A stretch of 59,550 bases of DNA, taken from sequence record MK165087.1. The stretch is one strand, 5' to 3'. The notes beneath the pieces were generated by a model. The model saw only the letters and a program-made list of their open reading frames with translations. It was not told where the DNA came from and searched no databases. The DNA comes from Escherichia phage BRET. This document shows, piece by piece, positions 10,468 through 19,839 of the stretch. Both the position numbers and the translations under genes were made by a program. Each line of letters starts with the position of its first letter. Position 1 is the first letter of the stretch.

Positions 10468-10896
10468 ATGTCTTCAGAAAATAAACAAGTATCTACTGAA
10501 GTTGCAAAGAAAGCTGTTAGTGCATCTTTCCGTGACTTTAACTTGAAAAAGAAATTAGAGAACGCTCCGCTGCTGCATTACCCGCTTGTTTTTCCAGGAC
10601 AGGGCGATACAGGCCACTGGTTGAAAATTCGCAACCGCCACAGCGAAGAATTTCGTCAAGCAGATTTAAAAGCACAACGTCAGATTAGTGCGCTTGTCGT
10701 TGCCAACGGATCTTTTGAAAAGATTGATAAGGACATGCTCGACGATATCAATATGCGAGCGTTCTGTAAGTTGGTTGCTTCGTGGAGCTTCGAAGAAGAA
10801 TGTAGCGAAGACAACCTTATTGAATTCTTTAATAATAACCCGTTTGCATATGACGATATTAATCGTCTGGCAGCTCAGGATTCCCTTTTTTTCTAA
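10468..10896 (+). CDS. tail assembly chaperone (G-like)
   Basis: 142-aa ORF immediately before tape measure, ending in a T7 run. Confidence 0.6.
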   Translation: MSSENKQVSTEVAKKAVSASFRDFNLKKKLENAPLLHYPLVFPGQGDTGHWLKIRNRHSEEFRQADLKAQRQISALVVANGSFEKIDKDMLDDINMRAFCKLVASWSFEEECSEDNLIEFFNNNPFAYDDINRLAAQDSLFF

Positions 10897-11279
10897 GATC
10901 CCGCGAAAAGCTAATTGATCACTTACTGCTCGAATGGCAATTGCACAGTTGCCCGCCGGGCAGTAAGACTCCCACAATTAAACATCTCCAACACGTTAAA
11001 AAAGTCACTGGTAAGACTCCCTCCTTACTAGCAAAGTACGAATCTAGCTCCGTACCGCACGAACTCAGATACATTTACAAGTTATTCCTTGACTTTTATA
11101 ATGGTGATAAATTCAGTTACAGCGAATTCAATGCCTGGCAAGATTATATAGGTGTAGAACTTGATTTTAGAGAGCGTGAACTAATTCGGCAGATTTGTCT
11201 TGAACGGCAAGCATTTGATATTAGGCGTCAACAAGAACTTATGCAACACGCTCAGACTAATAATAAAGGAGGTAAATAA
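10468..11279 (+). CDS. tail assembly chaperone -1 frameshift product (GT-like)
   Basis: Slippery T_TTT_TTC at about 10887-10893 just before the stop; the -1 frame is open through 11279 and abuts the tape measure start. Confidence 0.5.
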
Positions 11280-14200
11280 TGGCTGATGCAGCTGACATCG
11301 TCATTAGAGTCCGTGCTGAAGGTATCCAGAATGCTGAAACAGCACTGCGACGCTTGCAAGCGGCAGGTGTAAGAGTTGAGACTGTCAGCTCGCGTATGGA
11401 GAATGGTTTTCAACGTGCGGCTACAAGTGCTGACGCATTCCATCATGCCATTAGTGCAATCTATACGGTAATGACTGTAACCACACTGACAACCTACGTC
11501 GGTGGGCTTGCTAAGTTATCGGATGCGTGGCTGGATGTTACAAACAAACTGGCTAACGCCAACTCTGCAAACGAGCAGATGGTTGATATCCAAGAGCGCG
11601 TATTTGGTATCGCTCAAAGGACTCGTACGAGCTTAGAAGCTACGTCAACTCTTTATGCTCGTATGGAACGTTCCCTGAACCAGTATGGTGTGACTGGTAA
11701 ACAGGTTGCGCAGATCACTGAAACAATTAACAAAGCTATGATTGTTTCTGGTGCGACCACTGCGGAATCCACCGCTGCTATTATCCAGTTCTCACAGGGT
11801 CTGCAATCTGGTGTGTTACGTGGGGACGAATTCCGTTCTGTAATGGAACAGGCTCCTCGTCTTGGTAAGATGATTGCAGACGGTCTTGGTGTTGGTACTG
11901 CTGGTCTTCGCCAGATGGCTAACGCCGGACAATTGACCGCAGACGTTGTTATTAACTCCATTTCTAAAGCTGCATCCACTATTAACGATGAGTTTGCTCG
12001 TACGATACCAACGTTCTCGCAACGAATGGAGATCGCCAACAATAACTTAATCAAATTCGCGGGAACGTCAACCTCAGTACAAACTGTGGTCAATTCCATG
12101 GGTTCTGTGATCGAAACTGCTACAGACCACCTCACCTTGCTGTCTAATATAGCAATCGGTGTTGCTGCTATTATTGGCGGTCGAATGATCACTGCGCTGT
12201 CCGCACAAATCGCAGCATTTATCAAGCTCAACGCAATACAGGCAAGTAGCTCGGCTATAAACATCAAGACTATTGATGGTATCACAAGATCTGCAGTAGC
12301 TCGATATAACGAAGCACAAGCAACGTTAGCACAAGTTGCAGCCGAGCGCACCAAGATTCAGGCAGCATTGCAAGCCAACCAGACGTATTATAAAGGTATA
12401 GCAACACTCAACGCATACATGCAGAATACGCGGCAGGTACGCGAAGCTACGGAAGCGGTTGCTATTGCCCAGACTACCATGCAGGCGCGTATGGCTGCCG
12501 CAACTGTAGCGTCCCGTGTGCTTACTGTTACCATGACCGGCTTGCGGACTGTAATGGGACTGATGGGCGGACCTGTAGGTGTGGTCACATTGGCTGCTGC
12601 CGCATGGTTCATGTGGAGTCAAAACAGTAAACAAGCTGTTCAAGATGCACAAAATCTTGCATCTTCTCAAGAGGACTTAAAGAACAAGTTAAAAGAAACA
12701 ACTCTTGAACAGCAACGAGCTCTTAGTGTTCAGTTACAACGTGCCGCTATCACGTTGGACGAACAGATTGCTGCTGAAAACAGAGAGCTGGCTGAATTAA
12801 AGAACCGTCTTAGTACAGTAACCCGCTATCAAGCTGAAGCAACTGAAGGAACAAGCGAGTATAACCGACTCACTAAAGACCGTAAGGAGTTAGAAGGTGA
12901 CGTTGCTATTAAGATTGGTGAAATATCCACTCTTGAGCAAAAAGCACAACAAATTAAATCTAACTTAACGACTGTACTGAACAATTTAACTGCTGCTGTA
13001 ATGGGTCATACTGACGCACTCAAAGCAGAAAACGAGCAGTTAAGTATTAACATCAGTTCTGCTGCCGGTCGTTCGCAGGAATTAGTGAGTGCAATTCAGG
13101 CTCAAAATAATGAGTTAGATGTTGCTCAATTGAAGATGTCTGGACACGCACGACAAGCAAGTATCCTCAAAGATGCTCAGACAGCTCTCGGTAAGAAGTA
13201 TAAAGAAAACGAAAAGTTCATTAAGAACTATATCAGCGGCCATGCTGACGCAACTGCTGTATTAACAGATGAGCAGCAAGGACTAGTTGAACTTCTCAAT
13301 TTATCCGGAAAGAACTACGACGCTCAGAAGAAGATCCACGAACAGCAAGAAAAAGAACGTCAAAGTAAGAAAGACAATAAAGCTGCCGCACGCTATGCTG
13401 AACAATGGGATAAAGCATATGAACGTGTGGAAGCGCGTGGTGCTACTGGTTTACAGCGTCTTAACTTACAGCAAGAAGCTGAAGTTCGTGCTATTCGTGA
13501 TAAAGCTGAGAAAGCTAAAGCATCAGAAGAACAATTACAGAATGCACTACTTGCTATTCAGCGTAAATATGATTTAAAACGTGCAGAACTAGCAGAGCAG
13601 TATAAACCAGGCGTTGCAATGGTGCGTTCTTATAAGGAAGCTCAACAAGAGATAAATCAGCTACTCGAAGAAGGGTTGTTGACAGAAGAGCAGGCATATA
13701 TTGCTAGATTAAATCTTCAGGCTGATTATTATACAAAACGTTCTCAAATGCAATCCGAGCTCAACCCTGCTGGTCGAGCGAAAGATGAAGAAGCCGCTAA
13801 ATTTGCAGAACTGAAGGCTCAATATGAAACAGCCATAGAGTTGGCTGAGGGCAACGAAGAACAGCTAACAGCCATCAAGGAGAATTATGAGCGTAAACGT
13901 TATGAGATTCAATTAAAATATGCCGAACGGCAGATGATGGCACAGAACCAGACTGCAATGTCCTACATTGAAAGTCTAAGTTCAATAGCTGGTTCAATGA
14001 CCACAATTATGCAAGCTGCTGGAGATGAGTCTTCCACGACTTACAAAGCCATGTTTGCGATGTCTAAAGCCTTTAACATTGCACAAGCGTCTTTGAGTTT
14101 ATCTAGTGCGCTCGCTCAGGTATTAGCGGATCCGACTGCTGTTACTCCAGCCCAGAAATTGGCTAACTATGCAACTATTGCAGCGGCCGGTGCAAGTTTA

Positions 14201-14539
14201 ATATCCGCAATCAGCAGTGCCACTTTGACAGGTATGGCGCATGATGGTATTTCCAATGTACCATCAGAAGGTACATGGTTACTTAATAAAGGTGAACGTG
14301 TATTAAGTCCTCAACAGAACGCGGATCTGACATCGTTTATGAGACAGCAATCTCAGGGCGGGACAAATTCAAGCGGCAATGTTACCATACAGCAACATAT
14401 CATAGTTCAAGGTAATGGCGACGCTGCTCTGAAACAAGCAATGCAGCAAGCGGCTCGAGATGGTGCAGAACAAGGTTATAACAAAGTTCTGCAAGATTTC
14501 GCAAATCGTGGTTCTATTAGGAAAGTGGCTTTGGGGTAA
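11279..14539 (+). CDS. tail tape measure protein
   Basis: 1086 aa, Ala/Gln-rich with long coiled-coil and hydrophobic segments; canonical position. Confidence 0.85.
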   Translation: MADAADIVIRVRAEGIQNAETALRRLQAAGVRVETVSSRMENGFQRAATSADAFHHAISAIYTVMTVTTLTTYVGGLAKLSDAWLDVTNKLANANSANEQMVDIQERVFGIAQRTRTSLEATSTLYARMERSLNQYGVTGKQVAQITETINKAMIVSGATTAESTAAIIQFSQGLQSGVLRGDEFRSVMEQAPRLGKMIADGLGVGTAGLRQMANAGQLTADVVINSISKAASTINDEFARTIPTFSQRMEIANNNLIKFAGTSTSVQTVVNSMGSVIETATDHLTLLSNIAIGVAAIIGGRMITALSAQIAAFIKLNAIQASSSAINIKTIDGITRSAVARYNEAQATLAQVAAERTKIQAALQANQTYYKGIATLNAYMQNTRQVREATEAVAIAQTTMQARMAAATVASRVLTVTMTGLRTVMGLMGGPVGVVTLAAAAWFMWSQNSKQAVQDAQNLASSQEDLKNKLKETTLEQQRALSVQLQRAAITLDEQIAAENRELAELKNRLSTVTRYQAEATEGTSEYNRLTKDRKELEGDVAIKIGEISTLEQKAQQIKSNLTTVLNNLTAAVMGHTDALKAENEQLSINISSAAGRSQELVSAIQAQNNELDVAQLKMSGHARQASILKDAQTALGKKYKENEKFIKNYISGHADATAVLTDEQQGLVELLNLSGKNYDAQKKIHEQQEKERQSKKDNKAAARYAEQWDKAYERVEARGATGLQRLNLQQEAEVRAIRDKAEKAKASEEQLQNALLAIQRKYDLKRAELAEQYKPGVAMVRSYKEAQQEINQLLEEGLLTEEQAYIARLNLQADYYTKRSQMQSELNPAGRAKDEEAAKFAELKAQYETAIELAEGNEEQLTAIKENYERKRYEIQLKYAERQMMAQNQTAMSYIESLSSIAGSMTTIMQAAGDESSTTYKAMFAMSKAFNIAQASLSLSSALAQVLADPTAVTPAQKLANYATIAAAGASLISAISSATLTGMAHDGISNVPSEGTWLLNKGERVLSPQQNADLTSFMRQQSQGGTNSSGNVTIQQHIIVQGNGDAALKQAMQQAARDGAEQGYNKVLQDFANRGSIRKVALG

Positions 14540-14542
14540 TAA

Positions 14543-15133
14543 ATGGCAATATTAACGTGGCCTGAAGCATTAAGACCGTCAAATATGGAGTGGAAATTAA
14601 CTTCTAACTCCAAGGAATTTACAAGCCCCTTCACTGGGGCTTCACAAGTTGTATCCTGGCCGGGATCTAGATGGTCTATGAGCTTAAAATTTGAGAATCT
14701 GGATGACTGGGAATCTAGAAAACTCGAAGTGCTTATCGCTAAACTGGACGGTATGGCTGGTATGATCAAAGTTGGAGACTTTGGTCGATGGGGAAGACCT
14801 CCATTTGGAAGACCGGTTGTAAAAGGTTCAAATAATACGGGAACAGAATTACCTACTCGTGGTTGGGATGCTAGTAGACTCGTACTAAAAGAAGGTGATT
14901 ATATTACAGTTAACGATGAGCTTAAATTAGTAACGGAAGACGTATGGAGCGATGCTCAAGGTTTAGCAACAATAAAAATCTCACCGTTATTAAGAGAGAT
15001 GCCACCTGATGGTGCAACAATTGAAACTCAGAATCCATATGGTATATTCAGATTGAGTAGCAATGAAAACAGCGTAACAAGAGCTCCAGCGTTCAACAAT
15101 ACAATCAACCTAGAGTTCAAGGAGACATTTTAA
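14543..15133 (+). CDS. minor / distal tail protein
   Basis: First ORF after tape measure. Confidence 0.55.
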   Translation: MAILTWPEALRPSNMEWKLTSNSKEFTSPFTGASQVVSWPGSRWSMSLKFENLDDWESRKLEVLIAKLDGMAGMIKVGDFGRWGRPPFGRPVVKGSNNTGTELPTRGWDASRLVLKEGDYITVNDELKLVTEDVWSDAQGLATIKISPLLREMPPDGATIETQNPYGIFRLSSNENSVTRAPAFNNTINLEFKETF

Positions 15134-15717
15134 TGATATTTAGCCCATTCAGTGAATCCGTGATGAACGCGATGGACAAAGATGTGGTTACTATGGTGCT
15201 CGCTGTGGCAATTTATTTCGATAGTGGTACAACTAGAGTCCATTCTGGTACTGGTACTATTGTAATAGATGGTCAAACATTTCTCGGTGTCGGTACATTG
15301 GGTCAAGTAGGTAGTGTCACGGAAGAAAATACTACCAGCTCTAGTACAATGAGCCTTACATTAAGTGGGCTTGATATGACACTTGTTGGTCAGACACTTA
15401 ACGAAAATTGTATAGGTTCCAACGTGACAGTTTATGTTGGTGTGATGAACGAGCAAGGTCAAGTAGTAAGTGCTAACGTTCTGTTCGAAGGTTTTATAAG
15501 TGACACCGCAATGCAAGCGGGAAACACTAATGCAATATCCTATGTCGTGTCAAACGTGTTTGAAAAATGGTCGACAGGATTACCGGATCGTTATACAGAT
15601 GAAAGTCAACAACGATTACATCCAGGAGACCGCTTTTTCAGATATGTTGCACAAATGGCTGAACGTTCTATTTATTGGGGAAATAAAAAAGACGCTCCGG
15701 GGTTCCATTATGAATAA
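15133..15717 (+). CDS. minor tail protein (L-like)
   Basis: Synteny with lambda/T1-type tail tip modules. Confidence 0.5.
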   Translation: MIFSPFSESVMNAMDKDVVTMVLAVAIYFDSGTTRVHSGTGTIVIDGQTFLGVGTLGQVGSVTEENTTSSSTMSLTLSGLDMTLVGQTLNENCIGSNVTVYVGVMNEQGQVVSANVLFEGFISDTAMQAGNTNAISYVVSNVFEKWSTGLPDRYTDESQQRLHPGDRFFRYVAQMAERSIYWGNKKDAPGFHYE

Positions 15718-16126
15718 GACACCAGGCTGGCAGACAAGATTGTTGACCACAGTTAAACAGCTTGAGACAGTTCCTTTTGAATGGGGACAGAATGATTGTT
15801 GCATCTTTGCGGCTAAATGTATTGACGCTCAATATGGTACTACTATTAGCCAAGATGTTGTTGGTAAGTACAATAGTGAAATCAGCTGCAAACGCTTTAT
15901 GATTAGTCGAGTAAAAGACACGTCCTTACCTAAAGTGTTGGATTCCTTTTTACCAGTGCGAGTAGACCCAAGATTAGCTCAGAGGGGTGATGTTGTCATG
16001 TTTAATACGGACAATGGATTGACAGCCGGTGTATTGTGGACTGGTTGTGTCTGGGCTATGGGCCCGAGTGGGGTCACTACATTTAAGCGTGCCGACATAA
16101 AATTAATTGACGCATGGAGGGTTTAA
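15710..16126 (+). CDS. tail assembly protein, K-like (NlpC/P60-type Cys)
   Basis: ATG inside track ORF 15500..16126; WGQNDCCIF Cys motif; synteny. Confidence 0.5.
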   Translation: MNKTPGWQTRLLTTVKQLETVPFEWGQNDCCIFAAKCIDAQYGTTISQDVVGKYNSEISCKRFMISRVKDTSLPKVLDSFLPVRVDPRLAQRGDVVMFNTDNGLTAGVLWTGCVWAMGPSGVTTFKRADIKLIDAWRV

Positions 16127-16127
16127 T

Positions 16128-18752
16128 ATGCCACCAGCAATAATTGGAGCCGTTGTAGCTGTCGGTGCCGCTGTAGCTGGAGCCATAGGTGTTATCCCAG
16201 CTACAGTAGCACTTGTTGTGACTATTGCCGCTAGTACCGCTGGCGCATTATTGACTAAACCTAAGAGCTATGACTTTGGTGCTTATACACCTCAGAGTGA
16301 ACGTAAACAAGTTATCCGAGCTGCCGCTGCTGCAAGAACAGTTATATATGGGACTACAGTATCTAGTGGTGTTCTTGTATTCGCTGAGGAAGAACCGGGA
16401 GAACAGGACGAAGACGAAAAGTTGACTCTTGTTATCGCGTTAGCTGGCCATGAACTGACCGAAGTAGGCCAAGTGTGGTTAGGTGACGACACAATTGAAA
16501 GCTACGCTGAAAATGCACAATACGAAGTCTTTAATAACCCGACAAAAGTAAGCCAGAAGATGCTAGAATCATGCCCTTCATGGAAAGAAGATATGATTGG
16601 TAAAGGTATTTGCTGGTTAAAATTAAGTTTAAAATTTGATTCTGAAAAATTCCCGTCTGGTTTACCTAACGTTAAATGCCTTAAGAAAGGTCGAAAGGTA
16701 TTGGATCCAAGATCTAAACAGATGGTATTCACAGCTAATGCCGCACTTATTATTTTAGATTACCTTCGTGTATATTTAAAAAGAACGGACGATCAGATTT
16801 ACTGGGATCAATTTATTGAAGCTGCAAACATTTGCGACGAATATGTTGAAAACGTAGATGGATCATCCGAGCACCGATACACCATTAACGGAGAATTTGA
16901 TATAGACGAAGCTCCAGCTAAAGTCTTGGAAGACATGTTGGATGCTTGTGGTGGCGAATTGACTTACATTGGCGGTAAGCACGGGATTTTAGTTGGTGCA
17001 TATTATGGGCCTCCACAACACGTATTAGATGAGAGTTGTATTGCAGGCGATATTAAAATTACACCTGAAACTTCGTTCAAGGATCGTACAAACACTATCA
17101 CTGGTAAATATGTAGATCCACAACAGAATTACCAGGAAGCTGACTTCCCATCTGTTAGCATCAAAGAATACGTTGATGCAGATGGACAAGAAATTACGGA
17201 AGACTACGACTATCGCTTTGTTACAAGTCCCTATCAAGCTCAACGTCTTGCAACATTGACACTACGTCGTAAGCGCATCGGCCGTTCTATGGAAATACCA
17301 TGTAACATGAAAGGTTACAAGTTCCGTCCTGGAATGTACATCTATGTGACGATTAAACAGCTTGGAATTGAAAGAGTTGAAATGCGAGTCACTCAATGGC
17401 AGTTTGATCCACAAGGTGGAGTAACTCTGACATTACGACAAGACTTTGCGGAGTTGTGGGATGACGCAGTTGGTAAACCTGTAGAAAGACCAGACCTAGT
17501 CGAATTACCTACTGGTGGAGCTGTTCAGCCGCAAAACCTGAAATACGAAGTTCTTGAAATTAGCGACGTAGTGCAGGGTGTTTTATCGTGGCAGAATATT
17601 GGCGCTGTAGCCTATAACAGTGTGGTTATTAAGAAAGGTGGTGTAACTGTATTGACAGTGCAAGTACCGGGGCAGAGCACGCGGCTTACTGGACTTATTC
17701 GGGGTACTTATACCGCACATGTGAAAGCTACTGCTTACACTGGTGCAACTAGCCCCGAAGGTTACTTGGAATTTAATATTCAAGCACCTTCGACCCCATC
17801 TTCAGTAGAAGTAACTCAAGGTTATTTTTCAATAACTTTAAAACCAAAATCTGCAGATTTAACTAACGTCAGTACACAGTATGATTTCTGGACTTCCGGT
17901 GAAACGAGACTTCCATCTGCTGCTGTAGATATTGTAGAAAAACAAGCAACTCGTGCTGGTATGGGTACAACATGGACTTCGGAAGGGTTGCTCAATGACC
18001 ACACTTATTACTGGTACGTGCGAGCAATTAATGCGTTCGGTTCCTCAGCATTCATAGAAGTAGCTGCAAAATGCTTTACTGATGCTGCTGGTCTTATCCC
18101 TCAGATTGACAAGGAATTCAAAGACACAAACACTTATAGAGAGTTGATGTCCGAGATTGAAGGTGTCAGCGACGGGATTACATCTGTCAATGAAAGCCTT
18201 GTAGACGCAGAAAAGAGACTCAGCCAGAGTATTAACAGTGTTCAGGAGACTGTGAATGGTGTTAGTGCAACTGTGCAGCAAGTCAGTAAAGCTGTCGTAG
18301 ACCTAGAAGGTAACGTTAACGCCCAATGGGGTGCTAAAGTTCAAGTTGACAACAAAGGTCAGAAATATGTTGCTGGTATTCAATTAGGTTTAGAGGGTTC
18401 CGGTGGAGCTGTTCAATCTTACTTCATGGTGAGCGCAAACAACTTCGCTGTATATAATCCCACTAACAGTACCGCTGATCTTGCATTTGCTGTCAAAAAC
18501 GGTCAAGTGTATATGAAGGCAACGTTCATCGAGAACGGTTCCATAGATAACGCTAAGATTGGTAACTATATTCAATCGAACAACTTCTCTGCTGGCTACA
18601 GCGGATGGAGATTAAGTAAAGATGGTACATTTGAAAACTACGGGACTCCTACAAGTGAAGGTGCAATGAAGTTCACTAACAGCACGATCAGTGTAAAAGA
18701 TTCCAATGGTGTACTCCGTGTACAAATAGGTCGTATAACAGGATATTGGTGA
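16128..18752 (+). CDS. tail tip / central tail fiber protein (I/J-like)
   Basis: About 875 aa; hydrophobic Ala/Gly-rich N-terminus then large beta-rich body; GGAGGG RBS before second ATG. Confidence 0.6.
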   Translation: MPPAIIGAVVAVGAAVAGAIGVIPATVALVVTIAASTAGALLTKPKSYDFGAYTPQSERKQVIRAAAAARTVIYGTTVSSGVLVFAEEEPGEQDEDEKLTLVIALAGHELTEVGQVWLGDDTIESYAENAQYEVFNNPTKVSQKMLESCPSWKEDMIGKGICWLKLSLKFDSEKFPSGLPNVKCLKKGRKVLDPRSKQMVFTANAALIILDYLRVYLKRTDDQIYWDQFIEAANICDEYVENVDGSSEHRYTINGEFDIDEAPAKVLEDMLDACGGELTYIGGKHGILVGAYYGPPQHVLDESCIAGDIKITPETSFKDRTNTITGKYVDPQQNYQEADFPSVSIKEYVDADGQEITEDYDYRFVTSPYQAQRLATLTLRRKRIGRSMEIPCNMKGYKFRPGMYIYVTIKQLGIERVEMRVTQWQFDPQGGVTLTLRQDFAELWDDAVGKPVERPDLVELPTGGAVQPQNLKYEVLEISDVVQGVLSWQNIGAVAYNSVVIKKGGVTVLTVQVPGQSTRLTGLIRGTYTAHVKATAYTGATSPEGYLEFNIQAPSTPSSVEVTQGYFSITLKPKSADLTNVSTQYDFWTSGETRLPSAAVDIVEKQATRAGMGTTWTSEGLLNDHTYYWYVRAINAFGSSAFIEVAAKCFTDAAGLIPQIDKEFKDTNTYRELMSEIEGVSDGITSVNESLVDAEKRLSQSINSVQETVNGVSATVQQVSKAVVDLEGNVNAQWGAKVQVDNKGQKYVAGIQLGLEGSGGAVQSYFMVSANNFAVYNPTNSTADLAFAVKNGQVYMKATFIENGSIDNAKIGNYIQSNNFSAGYSGWRLSKDGTFENYGTPTSEGAMKFTNSTISVKDSNGVLRVQIGRITGYW

Positions 18753-18755
18753 TTT

Positions 18756-18786
18756 AAATGTGCACACATAGTATGTGTGCACATTT
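18756..18786. terminator. bidirectional hairpin between convergent genes
   Basis: Perfect 13-bp inverted repeat AAATGTGCACACA-tagta-TGTGTGCACATTT between a plus gene ending 18752 and a minus gene ending 18789. Confidence 0.55.
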
Positions 18787-18788
18787 AT

Positions 18789-19687
18789 CTAGTCGTATTT
18801 CGATGTGTTAATAACTAGAACCGTTCGCGAATAAATCTTTTTAACGTCTCGTGTAATATTTCCGGAATACCACTGGCCGTTATATATTTCATTTCCAGTC
18901 GCACCTGTCATTGTTACATAAGTAGGCCTGTCATAGTCGGTTCGTCTGTAATTATACACTCCAACCATAGCAGGCATTATTGCACACGGATAACCCATGT
19001 TTATTGTAAATTGCGGATCAGAAATATTAACAAGCTGCGCATCCAAAGGCATCATCTCTCCATGATATACCATTTGACCAGACCTGTTATAAAAAGCGAC
19101 ACCATATCCAGAATGTGGTAACACCATATCAGAAAATGCGTAAACTGTTATGACACCTGGGCTACCGTTAACTTGATGTAATCTTAATGCGTTGTAGCCG
19201 TTTCTTTGTTCGTGCATAAACATCATGTTCGCCTTTGCACCGCTTTTTATAAAGAAGAAACATGATTTGTTTGAAGGTATGGATGTTGTAAAAACAGAGT
19301 CCTTTGAAGTTCCCATCGTACCTTTATTAATTAAGTTCTGAGGTGTGAATTCAGGGCTCAACCACACGTTTCCATTCGGTTGAGCAATAGACATCCCATA
19401 CATGATTACCCCCAATAAGTATAAATATAAGACCCAAGACCTGTATATAAGTTCGACCAACTAATTGTATTACCACTAATTACAACAGAGGGAACTGGTA
19501 AGTCTATATAGTTATCGTTGTTAAAAGGAAGTATAGACCAAACAGCCTTTAATGCCTTTCCAGGTGGTGGACTGTCGTATGTCTTAGAACCAGAAGATGC
19601 TGTGAATCTATCTAAAAAGAAGATTGGAGTTAAAATACCAGTGACATCCACACCTTTAGAATTGTATACAGCAAAACCGTATTTCAT
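18789..19687 (-). CDS. hypothetical protein split by a frameshift at a G5 tract
   Basis: Two overlapping minus-strand ORFs (19406..19687 and 18789..19460) in frames that differ by -1, sharing related motifs (YGFAVYNSKG / YGVAFYNRSGQ). Confidence 0.4.
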
Positions 19688-19839
19688 TTATCACTCCAAT
19701 AATCAAATGTTCAAATCTAATACTAGAATAAAGCTATTATACATTTATATTATATACCTAATGCACATCTGAATACTTGTTATTATACCTGTTTAATTTT
19801 ACTATATGTATCTAGTATTCTCAATGTAAAGAGGCGAAC

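Noticed and set aside
11653-12354. 233-aa minus-strand ORF (and several smaller ones) inside the tape measure gene
   Set aside because: Antisense shadow ORFs of a long Ala-rich gene; Cys/Ala-rich nonsense-like translation.
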